Origin: an uncultured Spirochaetales bacterium
Lineage (GTDB): Bacteria > Spirochaetota > Spirochaetia > Sphaerochaetales > Sphaerochaetaceae
Assembly (NCBI GenBank): GCA_949287505.1
Contig: CASEGX010000010.1
Span: 3,297-67,296 of the forward strand
Length of the DNA: 64,000 nucleotides
Direction: 5' to 3'
Shown: in pieces, positions 19,080-28,242 of the stretch
How the letters are laid out: every line of letters begins with the position of its first letter
Position numbering within the stretch: position 1 is the first letter of the stretch
The notes under the pieces: generated by a model
Told to the model about the DNA's origin: nothing
The model's input: the letters and a program-made list of their open reading frames with translations, nothing else
Database searches by the model: none
Made by a program: the position numbers and the translations under genes

Positions 19080-20561
19080 TCAGAATGGACACTCGTCGCT
19101 GTAAAGCATCGACTTTGGCTGATTGAAGGCAATATCCTTCACGCCGAGATACGCGAAAACTGCATAGAGCGCTCTTCCGACATGGCCGAAAGCCACCGCA
19201 CCATGGTGTGGATAGTGCTTTGCAATGAGCACATGGCGATAGAATCTGCCCATCTCATGGATTGCAAAGATTCCGATACCTCCGAACGAACGTGTCGCAA
19301 CTGGAAGGATCTCACCTTCTGCAACATATGCCTGCAGCGATGTATCTGCATTGCTCTGGAGACGGAAGAAAGTAATCTCACCAGGAGCGATATCTCCTTC
19401 AAGTGTTCCTCTCGTGAAATCAGGCGTATCTCCGTTCTCAAGTATTCTGTTCTGGATAAGCTGATACTTAACAGCACCGCCTGAAAGCCTGCAGAACGGC
19501 GTATTGCCGCAGTGGAATCCCATGAAGGTATCCTGAAGCGTATAGTCGTATTTTCCTTTGATATCGCTTTCGAACATATCCTTAGGAACAGTGTTGTTTA
19601 TATCCAGAAGTGTTACAGGAGCACCGGTTATGCATGTTCCGATGAACTCTGAAAGAGCTCCGTAGATATCGACTTCACAGGCTACAGGAATTCCGCGGGT
19701 CGCAAGGCGGCTGTTAACATAGCATGGCTCGAAACCGAACTCTTTCGGGAATGCCGGCCAGCACTTGTCAGCAAATACGACGTACTTTCTGGCTCCCCTG
19801 TGGTTCTCTGCCCAGTCAAGAAGAGTGAGTTCGAACTGTGCCATACGAGGGAGAAGATCTGGATATGCGTTTCCTGCTCCAAGCTCTTCTGCCATTTCCT
19901 TGACAACGCTCTCGATTCTCGGATCTCCGGCATGCTCACGGTACGATACGAGAAGATCAAGCTCGCTGTTCTCCTCAATCTCGACACCGATATCATAAAG
20001 CCCTTTTATAGGAGCATTGCATGCAAAGAAGTCCTGAGGACGAGGACCGAATGTGATGATCTTGAGTCCCTGGATTCCGATGATGGCTCTTGCGACAGGA
20101 ACAAACTCTGCAATCATCTTCGCACAATCTGCAGCGTCCCCTACCGGATACTCTGGAATATATGCTGCAATCTTCCTCAGTCCGAGGTTGTATGAGCAGT
20201 TAAGCATACCGCAGTATGCATCGCCACGGCCGTTGATGAGATTGTCTCCATGCTCCTCTGCAGCTGCGACGTACATCACAGGCCCTTCAAAAGCCTTTGC
20301 GATGATTGTCTCTGGCGTCTCTGGTCCGAAATTGCCGAGGAAAACGACAAGCGCCGTGCATCCTGCTGCCTTGACTTCATCTGCAGCTTTCATCGCATCA
20401 CGCTCATTCTCTGCGATTGTAGGAGCAAGGAATACCTCAATTCCAAGCTTTGCACACTCTTCTACGACTTTCTTGCTTCTTCCGTCTGATACGGAAATCG
20501 GGAAGCAGTCACGGCTGACTGCAATCATTCCAAGCTTCACTTCCGGTATATTGGAAAACAT
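19080..20561 (-). CDS. L-fucose isomerase-family sugar isomerase (candidate non-canonical L-arabinose isomerase)
   Basis: 493 aa with the FucI/AraA-like superfamily layout. It is the first gene of the operon with the kinase and araD. AGGAGG precedes the ATG. Confidence 0.7.
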   Translation of the reverse strand: MFSNIPEVKLGMIAVSRDCFPISVSDGRSKKVVEECAKLGIEVFLAPTIAENERDAMKAADEVKAAGCTALVVFLGNFGPETPETIIAKAFEGPVMYVAAAEEHGDNLINGRGDAYCGMLNCSYNLGLRKIAAYIPEYPVGDAADCAKMIAEFVPVARAIIGIQGLKIITFGPRPQDFFACNAPIKGLYDIGVEIEENSELDLLVSYREHAGDPRIESVVKEMAEELGAGNAYPDLLPRMAQFELTLLDWAENHRGARKYVVFADKCWPAFPKEFGFEPCYVNSRLATRGIPVACEVDIYGALSEFIGTCITGAPVTLLDINNTVPKDMFESDIKGKYDYTLQDTFMGFHCGNTPFCRLSGGAVKYQLIQNRILENGDTPDFTRGTLEGDIAPGEITFFRLQSNADTSLQAYVAEGEILPVATRSFGGIGIFAIHEMGRFYRHVLIAKHYPHHGAVAFGHVGRALYAVFAYLGVKDIAFNQPKSMLYSDECPF

Positions 20562-20576
20562 TGTTCCTCCTTACGC

Positions 20577-20588
20577 GTGTACGTACAC
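20577..20588. promoter_or_regulatory. perfect 12-bp palindrome GTGTACGTACAC, candidate LacI-family operator
   Basis: It has the central CG typical of LacI-type operators. It lies between the predicted -10 and the RBS of the isomerase gene. Confidence 0.6.
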
Positions 20589-20594
20589 ACACTC

Positions 20595-20622
20595 AGTATG
20601 AACCAGATTGACATATAGTCAA
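20595..20622 (-). promoter_or_regulatory. putative promoter TTGACT-16 nt-CATACT for the pentose operon
   Basis: Hexamers read on the minus strand. The operator lies immediately downstream. Confidence 0.45.
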
Positions 20623-20665
20623 GGAAAATCTCCGGAACATTGTGTTCTGTGCTACACTCACTGGC

Positions 20666-21151
20666 ATGGATATGCTTGTTCGTCTTTACAATCTACCGCC
20701 GCTTCAGCGCGAGATCGGGAAAATGGAAGAAATGGGAATCTCCGTATTCAGAGCACTGCCACCGAATCGCTCCCTTGTCGTGAACTGGGTAAGGAAACAC
20801 ACCTCAGAGCTTGCGGCGAATGAGGCAGAATGCTGTTTCAGCTCCCCCTCTTCTACAGTTTTCATTGCAACAAGGAACGGAAAGATACTTGGCTATGCCT
20901 GCTACAACGCCACAGCCCCTGATTTCTTCGGTCCTATGGAGGTTGCGGAGGAAGAAAGGGGAAAGGGAATAGGCCGAGCTCTTCTCATAGCAGCACTTCA
21001 TGCGCTCAGGGAAGAGGGATATGCATATGCAATCATCGGGGGCATCGGTCCCGCAGAATTCTACAGGAAGTGCGCAGATGCTGTGCTGATCGAAGGATCA
21101 GACCCAGGCATTTACAAATGGATGCTGGTGCAGGATGACGCGATTCATTGA
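20666..21151 (+). CDS. GNAT family N-acetyltransferase
   Basis: Acetyl-CoA binding motif EEERGKGIGRALLIAAL. The start is uncertain (ATG 20666 or 20672). Confidence 0.8.
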   Translation: MDMLVRLYNLPPLQREIGKMEEMGISVFRALPPNRSLVVNWVRKHTSELAANEAECCFSSPSSTVFIATRNGKILGYACYNATAPDFFGPMEVAEEERGKGIGRALLIAALHALREEGYAYAIIGGIGPAEFYRKCADAVLIEGSDPGIYKWMLVQDDAIH

Positions 21152-21969
21152 TCACACTGATACCACAGCTCGGCCTTGCCCAGCCGGGCCACGTCACCCT
21201 TTCTGAAACCGGACTCCTCATATCCTCCCTTTATGGAACCGTCGAGAAGACCGCAGCACAGGCGTATGTAGTCATGGATTATTTCCTTGCCGATAACGGG
21301 ACCATCGTGACCTATCGCAAGATAATCGAACGAGGCCTCACGGTCCCAGATCTTCTGAAGCGTTCTGCAATACCTTTCGATGAGAACAGGACTGTTATCT
21401 GGCTGACGGGAAAGTATGATGCTCTTGTTCACTGTATCTCCGCTGAAGAGAATACGTGTCTTGCTGTCCAGGAAACAAAGACTGCCTTTTGTATGCCCAG
21501 GTGTCAGAATGCATTCAAGAACACGGTCCCCAAGGTCAATCATGATACCATCCGCAGCATCGATGTAGCTGAAACCGTTCTCAGGTTCCGGATCCGGGAT
21601 GAGGCTTAAAAGGTCCTCAATGTGTCCAGGAAATCGTGAAGGACCACGGGTCTCTATGTACATCTTTCTGAATGCGTTATCCATTTCCATGCCGAATATG
21701 CGCTCCCCTTCATCAAGATGGTTCATGTACACAGGGCAATCACTGAACTCATACAGACCGCCTGCGTGATCCGGATGAGAATGTGTCAGAAGGACAATCA
21801 AGGGCTTTGAAGTAAGAGATGAGACAATGCTCCTTATATTCCCAAGCCCGCATCCAGTATCAATCATGGCAGCAAGCCTCTTCCCTTCCAAAAGAAAGGT
21901 ATTCACCAAGGAGAATTCGCTTATGCACCATGTCTTCTCCGCGATACCTGTACTGCTCTGTCTCAGCAT
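21145..21969 (-). CDS. MBL-fold metallo-hydrolase
   Basis: Motif LLTHSHPDHAGG, plus a downstream H and D. Confidence 0.88.
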   Translation of the reverse strand: MLRQSSTGIAEKTWCISEFSLVNTFLLEGKRLAAMIDTGCGLGNIRSIVSSLTSKPLIVLLTHSHPDHAGGLYEFSDCPVYMNHLDEGERIFGMEMDNAFRKMYIETRGPSRFPGHIEDLLSLIPDPEPENGFSYIDAADGIMIDLGDRVLECILTPGHTKGSLCFLDSKTRILFSGDTVNKSIILSRQPDNSPVLIERYCRTLQKIWDREASFDYLAIGHDGPVIGKEIIHDYIRLCCGLLDGSIKGGYEESGFRKGDVARLGKAELWYQCDQ

Positions 21970-22065
21970 TTCACAACCTCACACCTTCCTAGGACACTCA
22001 TCGAGTCTGGTTATATCTTTGACTCATTTTAAGCCATATTCCGATAATCTTCCTCATTTCTGTCG

Positions 22066-22094
22066 GTGACGCGCATCATTTTTCTTTTTATAAT
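22066..22094 (+). promoter_or_regulatory. promoter GTGACG-17 nt-TATAAT for pyk
   Basis: Hexamers seen in the sequence. A 15-nt interval containing GAGGA separates the -10 from ATG 22110. Confidence 0.5.
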
Positions 22095-22109
22095 CAGGGC
22101 GAGGAAAAT

Positions 22110-23528
22110 ATGCGAAAAACAAAGATAATATGCACGCTCGGGCCTGCTGTAGACAATGACGAGATGGTCAAGGCCCTGATAAAAAACGGAATGGATGCCG
22201 CAAGGCTCAATTTCTCACATGGCACTCATGAAGAACACAAAGCAAGGATAGACAGAATACGCCGTGTTGCGCACAAGATGGGTGTCAATATTCCTCTCAT
22301 TCTGGATACAAAGGGACCTGAGATCAGGACAAGAGAATTCAAGAACGGTTCAATAATACTGAAGGAAGGAACGGAATTCACGCTCTCCGCTGACAAGAAC
22401 AGGGAGGGAGATGAGACGGGTGTATCCATCACATATCCATATCTTGCAGAGGATGTGGAGATAGGGACATCCGTGCTAATCGATGATGGACTCTGCTCGC
22501 TTACAGTCACAGCGATAAACGGTCCTGATGTCATCTGCAGGGTGAACAACACTTCCAAAATATCCAATCACAAATCAATAAACATCCCTGGCGTGGATAT
22601 CGACCAGCCATTCATCTCCGAATCAGATAGAGCTGACCTCCTTTTCGGCATCGAGATGGATGTGGATTATGTATCCGCCTCATTTGTCCGCACCGCAGAT
22701 GATGTGAAGAAGATGAGAAAGCTTCTCAACGTCAATGGCGGAGAGAAGATCAAGATAATCGCAAAGATCGAATGCAGAAGCGGTATCGACAATCTCGATG
22801 AGATCATCAAGGTCGCAGATGGAATCATGGTTGCCCGTGGTGATATGGGTGTCGAGATTCCATTCAAAGAGCTGCCAGTCATACAGAAGATGATGATCTC
22901 CAAGTGCACGGCTGCAGGAAAGATCGTCGTCACAGCAACACAGATGCTTGAATCAATGACTGAGCATTCAAGACCGACAAGAGCAGAGGTCTCGGATGTT
23001 GCCAATGCAATCTTCGATGGTACGACATGTACAATGCTCAGCGGAGAGACTGCTGCAGGAAAATATCCTATCGAAGCTGTAAGGACCATGTCGGATATAG
23101 CAGAATTCACCGAAAAGCAGATTGATTACCGTCACCGCTATTTCCAGAACCAGGCCGCAAATCCTTCCCTCGACATTCCTGGAACAATCTCAAGCGCCGC
23201 AGTGGAGGCTTCTTTCTCTCTCGGAGCCAAGGCAATCATCTGCATGACAGCAACAGGAAGAACGGGATGGCTCACATCATCATTCCGTCCGGAGTGCCCT
23301 ATCATCGTCTGTGTCACGGATGAAAAGGCCGCCAGGCAGCTCAGGCTCGCATATGGCGTTACTCCGCTTCTTGCACCATTCACTGACGATATCGTGAAGA
23401 TGAGAGACCAGTCCATCGAGCTGGCACTGAAATCAAAGGCAATAACCGAGGGTGAGCTTGCAGTCATAATCTCCGGATCCATTCCTGGATTCAGATATGC
23501 AGATTCCATGCAGATTGCAAAGTTGTGA
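22110..23528 (+). CDS. pyk: pyruvate kinase
   Basis: Motifs KIICTLGPA, MVARGDMGVEIP and TQMLESM over 472 aa. Confidence 0.96.
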   Translation: MRKTKIICTLGPAVDNDEMVKALIKNGMDAARLNFSHGTHEEHKARIDRIRRVAHKMGVNIPLILDTKGPEIRTREFKNGSIILKEGTEFTLSADKNREGDETGVSITYPYLAEDVEIGTSVLIDDGLCSLTVTAINGPDVICRVNNTSKISNHKSINIPGVDIDQPFISESDRADLLFGIEMDVDYVSASFVRTADDVKKMRKLLNVNGGEKIKIIAKIECRSGIDNLDEIIKVADGIMVARGDMGVEIPFKELPVIQKMMISKCTAAGKIVVTATQMLESMTEHSRPTRAEVSDVANAIFDGTTCTMLSGETAAGKYPIEAVRTMSDIAEFTEKQIDYRHRYFQNQAANPSLDIPGTISSAAVEASFSLGAKAIICMTATGRTGWLTSSFRPECPIIVCVTDEKAARQLRLAYGVTPLLAPFTDDIVKMRDQSIELALKSKAITEGELAVIISGSIPGFRYADSMQIAKL

Positions 23529-23554
23529 ATTTGATACAACAATAATAGAATCTG

Positions 23555-23580
23555 CCCTTTCTGGCATATGCCAGGAAGGG
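23555..23580 (+). terminator. intrinsic terminator after pyk
   Basis: Hairpin of about 11 bp, CCCTTTCTGGC-atat-GCCAGGAAGGG, followed by TATTCTTAT. Confidence 0.6.
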
Positions 23581-23605
23581 TATTCTTATCCCAAAGGAGA
23601 ATAAA

Positions 23606-25147
23606 ATGAAGGTCTACGACACTCCGTCATTCCCTGATAATGGAATCATCTATGAGGGAGACTATTATACAGATATCCCCTACCATCTCTACATCTCTGA
23701 AGAACAGGTTCCAGAAGGCCCTGTCTTCGATATCCGTGACTACGGTGCTGTTCCTGAAGCAGGCGTCCTTTCAACTGAAGCCATACAGAAAGCTCTCGAC
23801 GATGCAGCAGGAAAAGGGGGCACCGTCCTTGTTCAGGGAGGAGCATACACAACAGGAACTCTCTCGATCCATTCAGACACAACCCTTTTCATCGCCTCCG
23901 GCTCATCCCTTAATGCCTCCAAGAATCTCAAAGCATTCTCAGATGCATTCATCAAGGCCGTGAATGAACGGAATGTGACAATATGCGGCGGAGGAAGAAT
24001 CAATGCAAACGGAGAGTATTTCGTATACCTTCCCCATGAGCGTCCGCTTGTACAGCCGCTTGGATACACGAAGCTGCCACCTGTACTAAATGATCCGATG
24101 GGCTCTCCCTCTGACACAAGCCGCTTCAAATACAGGGAAAGAATAAGATATGCCGAGGATAAATGGAATGAAGGCAAGACGAATATCCCACGTCCGATGT
24201 ACACCGTATGGATCAGAGGTTCTGAGAATGTAAGCATCCATAACATTATCATCCGCGATTCTCTTGACTGGAGCCTCTCAATAGATAAATCCGAACATAT
24301 CTCCATTGAGGATATGATTATAGACAACAATAGGCACGTTGCTAACACCGATGGAATAGATATCATGTCATCAAAGCATGTCAAGGTCAGACATGTCTTT
24401 GTAAGCACAGCTGACGATGGTCTTTGCGTCAAAGCGCCGATGGTTCAGGGCCATGACAGTATCAATGTCGAGGCTTCTGATATGGAAATGGGAGGAGCTG
24501 AGGATATAGAGATCGAGGATGCAACAGTGATTTCTGTAATGAATGCATTCAAGATTGGTACAGAAACATATTTCGATATAAAGAACGTACGCTGCAGAAA
24601 CTGCACATTCATGCTTCCAGATATCTTCCCAGGCGGTGTATCAGGAATTTCCATCGAATCCGCAGATGGCTCGAATATCTCAGACATACACCTTGAGAAC
24701 ATCACGATGAAGAATATCGCGGTTCCGGTTTTCATTTCCCTCTGCAAAAGAAACAAATTCGGATACCTCTCAGAAGAGGACAGGAAAGAAAAGGAAAAAG
24801 GCGGAAGCGTAAGGAACATCACGATTGAGAATGTGAAGGCTGAAGGCATGGAATCAACATGTATCATCACAGGCTTCAAGGATGAGGATGGATACGTCGG
24901 ACGCATAGAGGATGTTAAGATCAGGAATCTTGAAGCAGTGTATCTCGACAACGAGGAACGCCTCGATGTCCTTCCACAGATAAGAGAGAACGTCAGAGAC
25001 TACCCCGAATCCAATGCTCTCGGTGATATGCCATCCTACGGTTTCTATATCCGCCACACGAAGAATGTGTGTCTGGACAATGTGCAGATCAAACCGCGTT
25101 CCATGAACACCCGGCCGATGCTGGCAACAGATGATACAGAGGAGTGA
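23606..25147 (+). CDS. glycoside hydrolase family 28 (polygalacturonase-like), cytoplasmic
   Basis: Motifs NTDGIDI, ADDGLCVK and GGVSGISIES, with beta-helix repeats. I saw no signal peptide. Confidence 0.85.
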   Translation: MKVYDTPSFPDNGIIYEGDYYTDIPYHLYISEEQVPEGPVFDIRDYGAVPEAGVLSTEAIQKALDDAAGKGGTVLVQGGAYTTGTLSIHSDTTLFIASGSSLNASKNLKAFSDAFIKAVNERNVTICGGGRINANGEYFVYLPHERPLVQPLGYTKLPPVLNDPMGSPSDTSRFKYRERIRYAEDKWNEGKTNIPRPMYTVWIRGSENVSIHNIIIRDSLDWSLSIDKSEHISIEDMIIDNNRHVANTDGIDIMSSKHVKVRHVFVSTADDGLCVKAPMVQGHDSINVEASDMEMGGAEDIEIEDATVISVMNAFKIGTETYFDIKNVRCRNCTFMLPDIFPGGVSGISIESADGSNISDIHLENITMKNIAVPVFISLCKRNKFGYLSEEDRKEKEKGGSVRNITIENVKAEGMESTCIITGFKDEDGYVGRIEDVKIRNLEAVYLDNEERLDVLPQIRENVRDYPESNALGDMPSYGFYIRHTKNVCLDNVQIKPRSMNTRPMLATDDTEE

Positions 25148-25150
25148 AAA

Positions 25151-27304
25151 ATGAGATTCAGGAATGGTTTCTGGCACCTAGATGAGGGTGTTACCCTTTA
25201 TTCTGAGAAAAACTATTTTGAAAGCGAGGAGAGTGACGGGAAACTGTCACTCTTTTCATCAGCCTACCCTATCAGCTGTCGCAATGACACACTTAACAAC
25301 CCTGTCATCACGACAGAAATATCTGCAGTATGCCGCAACGTGCTGCGCGTCGACATCTACCATCATAAAGGTTCTGTAAAGGCAAAGCCATTTCCTGCCA
25401 TTTCCAGTACCGCTCCAGATGAAGAAGGAAAGGACTACATCGTCTCGGGAGACCTCCGCGCAGAGCTGAAGGATGGAGAGCTATGCTTTTCATACAAGGG
25501 CAAAGAGCTTACCAGACGCTTTTCCAGGCTTTCCGGCTGTATGACCACACCATGAGGCAGATACATGGCGGAATACCTCACTACGGACATCGGGGAAACA
25601 TACTACGGACTCGGGGAAAGATTCACAGCCTTCGTGAAAAACGGGCAGAAGGTGGATATGTGGAATCTCGACAGCGGCTGCTCAAGCGAGATGTCTCATA
25701 AGAATGTCCCGTTCTTTGTCTCTTCAAAGAATTATGGAGTTCTTGTACTCAGCTACGGGAAGGTTTCGTTTGAGATGGGAAGCGAGGTTGCAGAATGCGC
25801 ACAGTTCTCTGTTCCCGGTGAGCATATCGCATACTGTGTAATCGGAGGAGAAAATCTCAAGGATGTCGTCTCTGCATACACAGGAATCACAGGGCGTCCG
25901 GCAATGCCTCCTGCATGGTCATTCGGACTCTGGCTCTCGACTTCTTTTGCAACCGACTACAGCGAAGAGACTGTGATGTCTTTCATCGACAAGATGAAGG
26001 CGTACGACATACCGCTCTCTGTCTTCCATTTCGATTGTTTCTGGATGAAGGAATTCCAGTGGACTGATTTCATATGGGACAAAAGAATGTTTCCGAATCC
26101 GGAAGGATTATTATAAAAATTACATAATCGCGGCTTAAAGGTCAGCGTATGGATAAATCCTTACATTGCACAGAAATCACGGTTATTTGACGAAGGAATG
26201 GAACATGGATATTTCCTGAAGAGAAAGGATGGCAGTGTCTGGCAGTGTGATGTCTGGCAGGCAGGAATGGCTATTGTTGATTTCACGAATCCTGAAGCTG
26301 TGAGGTGGTATCAAGGGTACCTCGGGAAGCTTATGGACATGGGCGTAGATTGCTTCAAGACAGACTTCGGAGAGAACATCCCGACAGATGACGTGGTTTG
26401 GTATGACGATTCGGATCCTGCATTGATGCATAACAGATACACATACCTATACAACCAGACTGTATTTGAACTCGAGAGGGAAAAGAAAGGAGATGAAGCA
26501 ATTGTCTTCACACGTTCTGGGACAATCGGAAGCCAGTCCTTCCCTGTACACTGGGCTGGAGATAATGTAGCTTCATACATCTCGATGGCAGAAACACTCA
26601 GAGGTGGCCTGTCGCTTGCTTTCTCCGGCTTTGGTTTCTGGAGCCATGACATAGGTGGGTTCGAAGACAACACGACCCCGGATCTCTTCAAGCGATGGAT
26701 AGCTTTCGGCCTCCTCTCATCCCATTCAAGACTTCATGGAAGCTCTTCTTACAGAGTTCCATGGGCATTCGATGAGGAAGCCTGCCGTGTCACATCCTTC
26801 TTCACACACCTGAAGGAAAGCCTGCTGCCATATCTGCTGCATTATGGAGAAGAGGCTCACAGGACAGGAATACCTATACTCCGCTCAATGGTACTGGAAT
26901 TCGGCACAGATGACGAGACCATCAAATATCTGGATCTGCAGTATATGCTGGGACCATCACTTCTGGTCGCTCCGGTATTCAACAAGGAAGGAGAAGGACG
27001 CTGTTATCTTCCTGCAGGGAGATGGGTCTCACTTCTTGACGGAAGCTCGGAAAATGGCAGCACATGGATAAAAAGGAAATATGACTATTTCTCACTGCCT
27101 CTGTATGTACGAGAGAATTCAATCATCCCGATGGAGAAAGACGGGGAAAAGGTTCTGCTTGCCTGCAATGTATCGGATGCTGTCCTTGAGGGAATTGCTT
27201 CAATTCACGGAAAGGATATAAAGGTCTTCGACAACGCGTACAGAAAACTCATCCTGATAACCTCAGAAGGAGAAAGCAGCAAGAAAGAAACCATCACACT
27301 CTGA
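25151..27304 (+). pseudogene. GH31 alpha-xylosidase/alpha-glucosidase (YicI-like) interrupted by two in-frame stop codons
   Basis: Track ORFs 25151-25555, 25565-26116 and 26198-27304 all lie in one frame. The stops are TGA 25553-25555 and TAA 26114-26116. The translation stays collinear with E. coli YicI as I recall it (GETYYGLGERF, WSFGLWLSTSF, FHFDCFWMK, KVSVWINPYI, CFKTDFGE, WSHDIGGF), including the segments between the ORFs. Confidence 0.8.
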
Positions 27305-27344
27305 GATGTTTTCTATACTGTAATCTGCATGTGAATTCAAACGG

Positions 27345-27369
27345 CTCCGGATCAAACAACAATCCGGAG
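27345..27369 (+). terminator. hairpin CTCCGGAT-9 nt-ATCCGGAG after the GH31 gene
   Basis: 8-bp perfect stem. The U-tract (TCTGTAAT) is weak. Confidence 0.45.
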
Positions 27370-27484
27370 TCTGTAATGCACAACCCCTCTGATACAAAAG
27401 AATCAAATGATAAAACAAAGCCTCGCAATTACATATGCATAAAAAGAAGGCAAACCGCTTACCGTGTATAGCAGTGCCATATAA

Positions 27485-27742
27485 TTGATTTTGGCTGATC
27501 CTGATATACATTCCGGATTATCTTATGTGGTTCAGGAATTGGGCAGTCCAGATGGAACGTATACCAACGAAAATGGCAACATCGTAATAGAATACTATAA
27601 CTATCGTGTGGATGGATTATCTTGGGATAGAGGTGATTTCTACATAGAATTTGATAAAGATTACAAAGTTGTTGTATATGGGGCAAAAAAAGTGAGAACA
27701 GTAAATATTCCGATATCTTATAATCTTACATCTTTGATATAA
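27485..27742 (+). CDS. possible gene remnant (85 codons, no signal peptide or RBS)
   Basis: The ORF opens right after an in-frame TAA. Its 5' flank is homologous to the 5' UTR/RBS region of the 28326 gene, but the RBS is mutated. Confidence 0.25.
   Translation: MILADPDIHSGLSYVVQELGSPDGTYTNENGNIVIEYYNYRVDGLSWDRGDFYIEFDKDYKVVVYGAKKVRTVNIPISYNLTSLI
27493..27525 (+). repeat. 5' cassette repeat, copy A (GGCTGATCCTGATATACATTCCGGATTATCTTA)
   Basis: Aligns with 28283-28314 with a few mismatches and a 1-nt indel. Confidence 0.7.
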
Positions 27743-27913
27743 GCCGGACCTATACCCGGCTTCTCAAAGACTTTCATTCCATTATCCATTCATCTGGAAT
27801 CATTTCAGTCTATCTATCTACAGTTCTTTTATTTATCCATTTATCAATCAGCTGTTATTTTCAGGCAACCGATGGGTAGTCAAGGAATAAATCATACAGG
27901 ACGCAAATTTCTT

Positions 27914-27942
27914 CCGCATCGGATAACTCCGGTGCGGTTTTT
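27914..27942 (+). terminator. strong intrinsic terminator inside repeat A
   Basis: CCGCATCGGA-taac-TCCGGTGCGG (10 bp including one G-U pair) followed by TTTTT. Confidence 0.75.
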
Positions 27943-27943
27943 C

Positions 27944-27972
27944 TTGACTCTCAGGCTCATCATTATGATAAT
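27944..27972 (+). promoter_or_regulatory. promoter TTGACT-17 nt-GATAAT (candidate antitoxin sRNA promoter)
   Basis: Hexamers at 27944-27949 and 27967-27972. The arrangement is conserved in repeat B as TTGCCT-17 nt-GATAAT. Confidence 0.5.
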
Positions 27973-27978
27973 TGAGAT

Positions 27979-28062
27979 AGAAAGAGGCACTGCCGATGAA
28001 CGGTAGCCTCATCCGATTAAGAACGACATAAGCCGCCCACCGGTCAAAGCAGGGCGGCTTAT
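27979..28062 (+). ncRNA. candidate ~85-nt antisense sRNA convergent with the toxin-like gene
   Basis: It is predicted from the promoter above and the hairpin at 28028-28062. It has an internal hairpin GAGGC(ac)TGCCG-atgaa-CGGTAGCCTC. It would be complementary to the stop codon and terminator region of the minus-strand peptide mRNA. Confidence 0.35.
28028..28062. terminator. GC-rich hairpin ATAAGCCGCCC-13 nt-GGGCGGCTTAT, potentially a bidirectional terminator
   Basis: 11-bp perfect stem. On the minus strand it is followed by GTCGTTCTTAAT. The stop codon of the peptide ORF lies inside the stem. Confidence 0.6.
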
Positions 28063-28127
28063 CTTATGACTGCTATTACCAAACCTATGATTGCGATGAC
28101 AACCATAAGCAATTCATAATCACTCAC
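28059..28127 (-). CDS. 22-aa hydrophobic peptide, type I toxin / holin-like toxin (Hol-Tox-like) candidate
   Basis: My own translation gives GTG AGT GAT TAT GAA TTG CTT ATG GTT GTC ATC GCA ATC ATA GGT TTG GTA ATA GCA GTC ATA AGA TAA, i.e. (M)SDYELLMVVIAIIGLVIAVIR. AGGAGG lies 9 nt upstream. It is below the ORF-track size cutoff. Confidence 0.6.
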   Translation of the reverse strand: MSDYELLMVVIAIIGLVIAVIR

Positions 28128-28242
28128 CAGACATCACCTCCTTCATCAGCGTAAGACGCGAATCGGGAAGCAACGCCTCCCGATATCCATTGCTGTATTC
28201 CCGAGAGGCTACCGTCCACCATTACATGGCAGTACCGATTGA

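Larger units (their letters stand above)
27741..28012 (+). repeat. 3' cassette repeat, copy A (about 270 bp)
   Basis: The core (about 27777-27909) is near-identical to about 28948-29068 apart from a 12-bp indel. Similarity decays but remains detectable up to about 28012 versus 29172. Confidence 0.8.

Noticed and set aside
25553-26116. Alternative genetic code, selenocysteine or programmed read-through as the explanation for the in-frame TGA and TAA in the GH31 gene.
   Set aside because: Neighbouring genes terminate normally at TGA and TAA. Two different stop codons are involved. I saw no convincing SECIS-like hairpin after the TGA. The aligned YicI positions are ordinary non-catalytic residues. 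A pseudogene or sequencing error is more parsimonious, although read-through is not excluded.
27872-28006. 44-codon ORF (MGSQGINHTGRKF...) inside repeat A, and its counterpart, track ORF 29046-29321, in repeat B.
   Set aside because: There is no RBS. In copy B the same ATG runs into TGA after 4 codons. The differences between the copies fall in the terminator hairpin rather than at third codon positions. The conservation is best explained at the DNA/RNA level.
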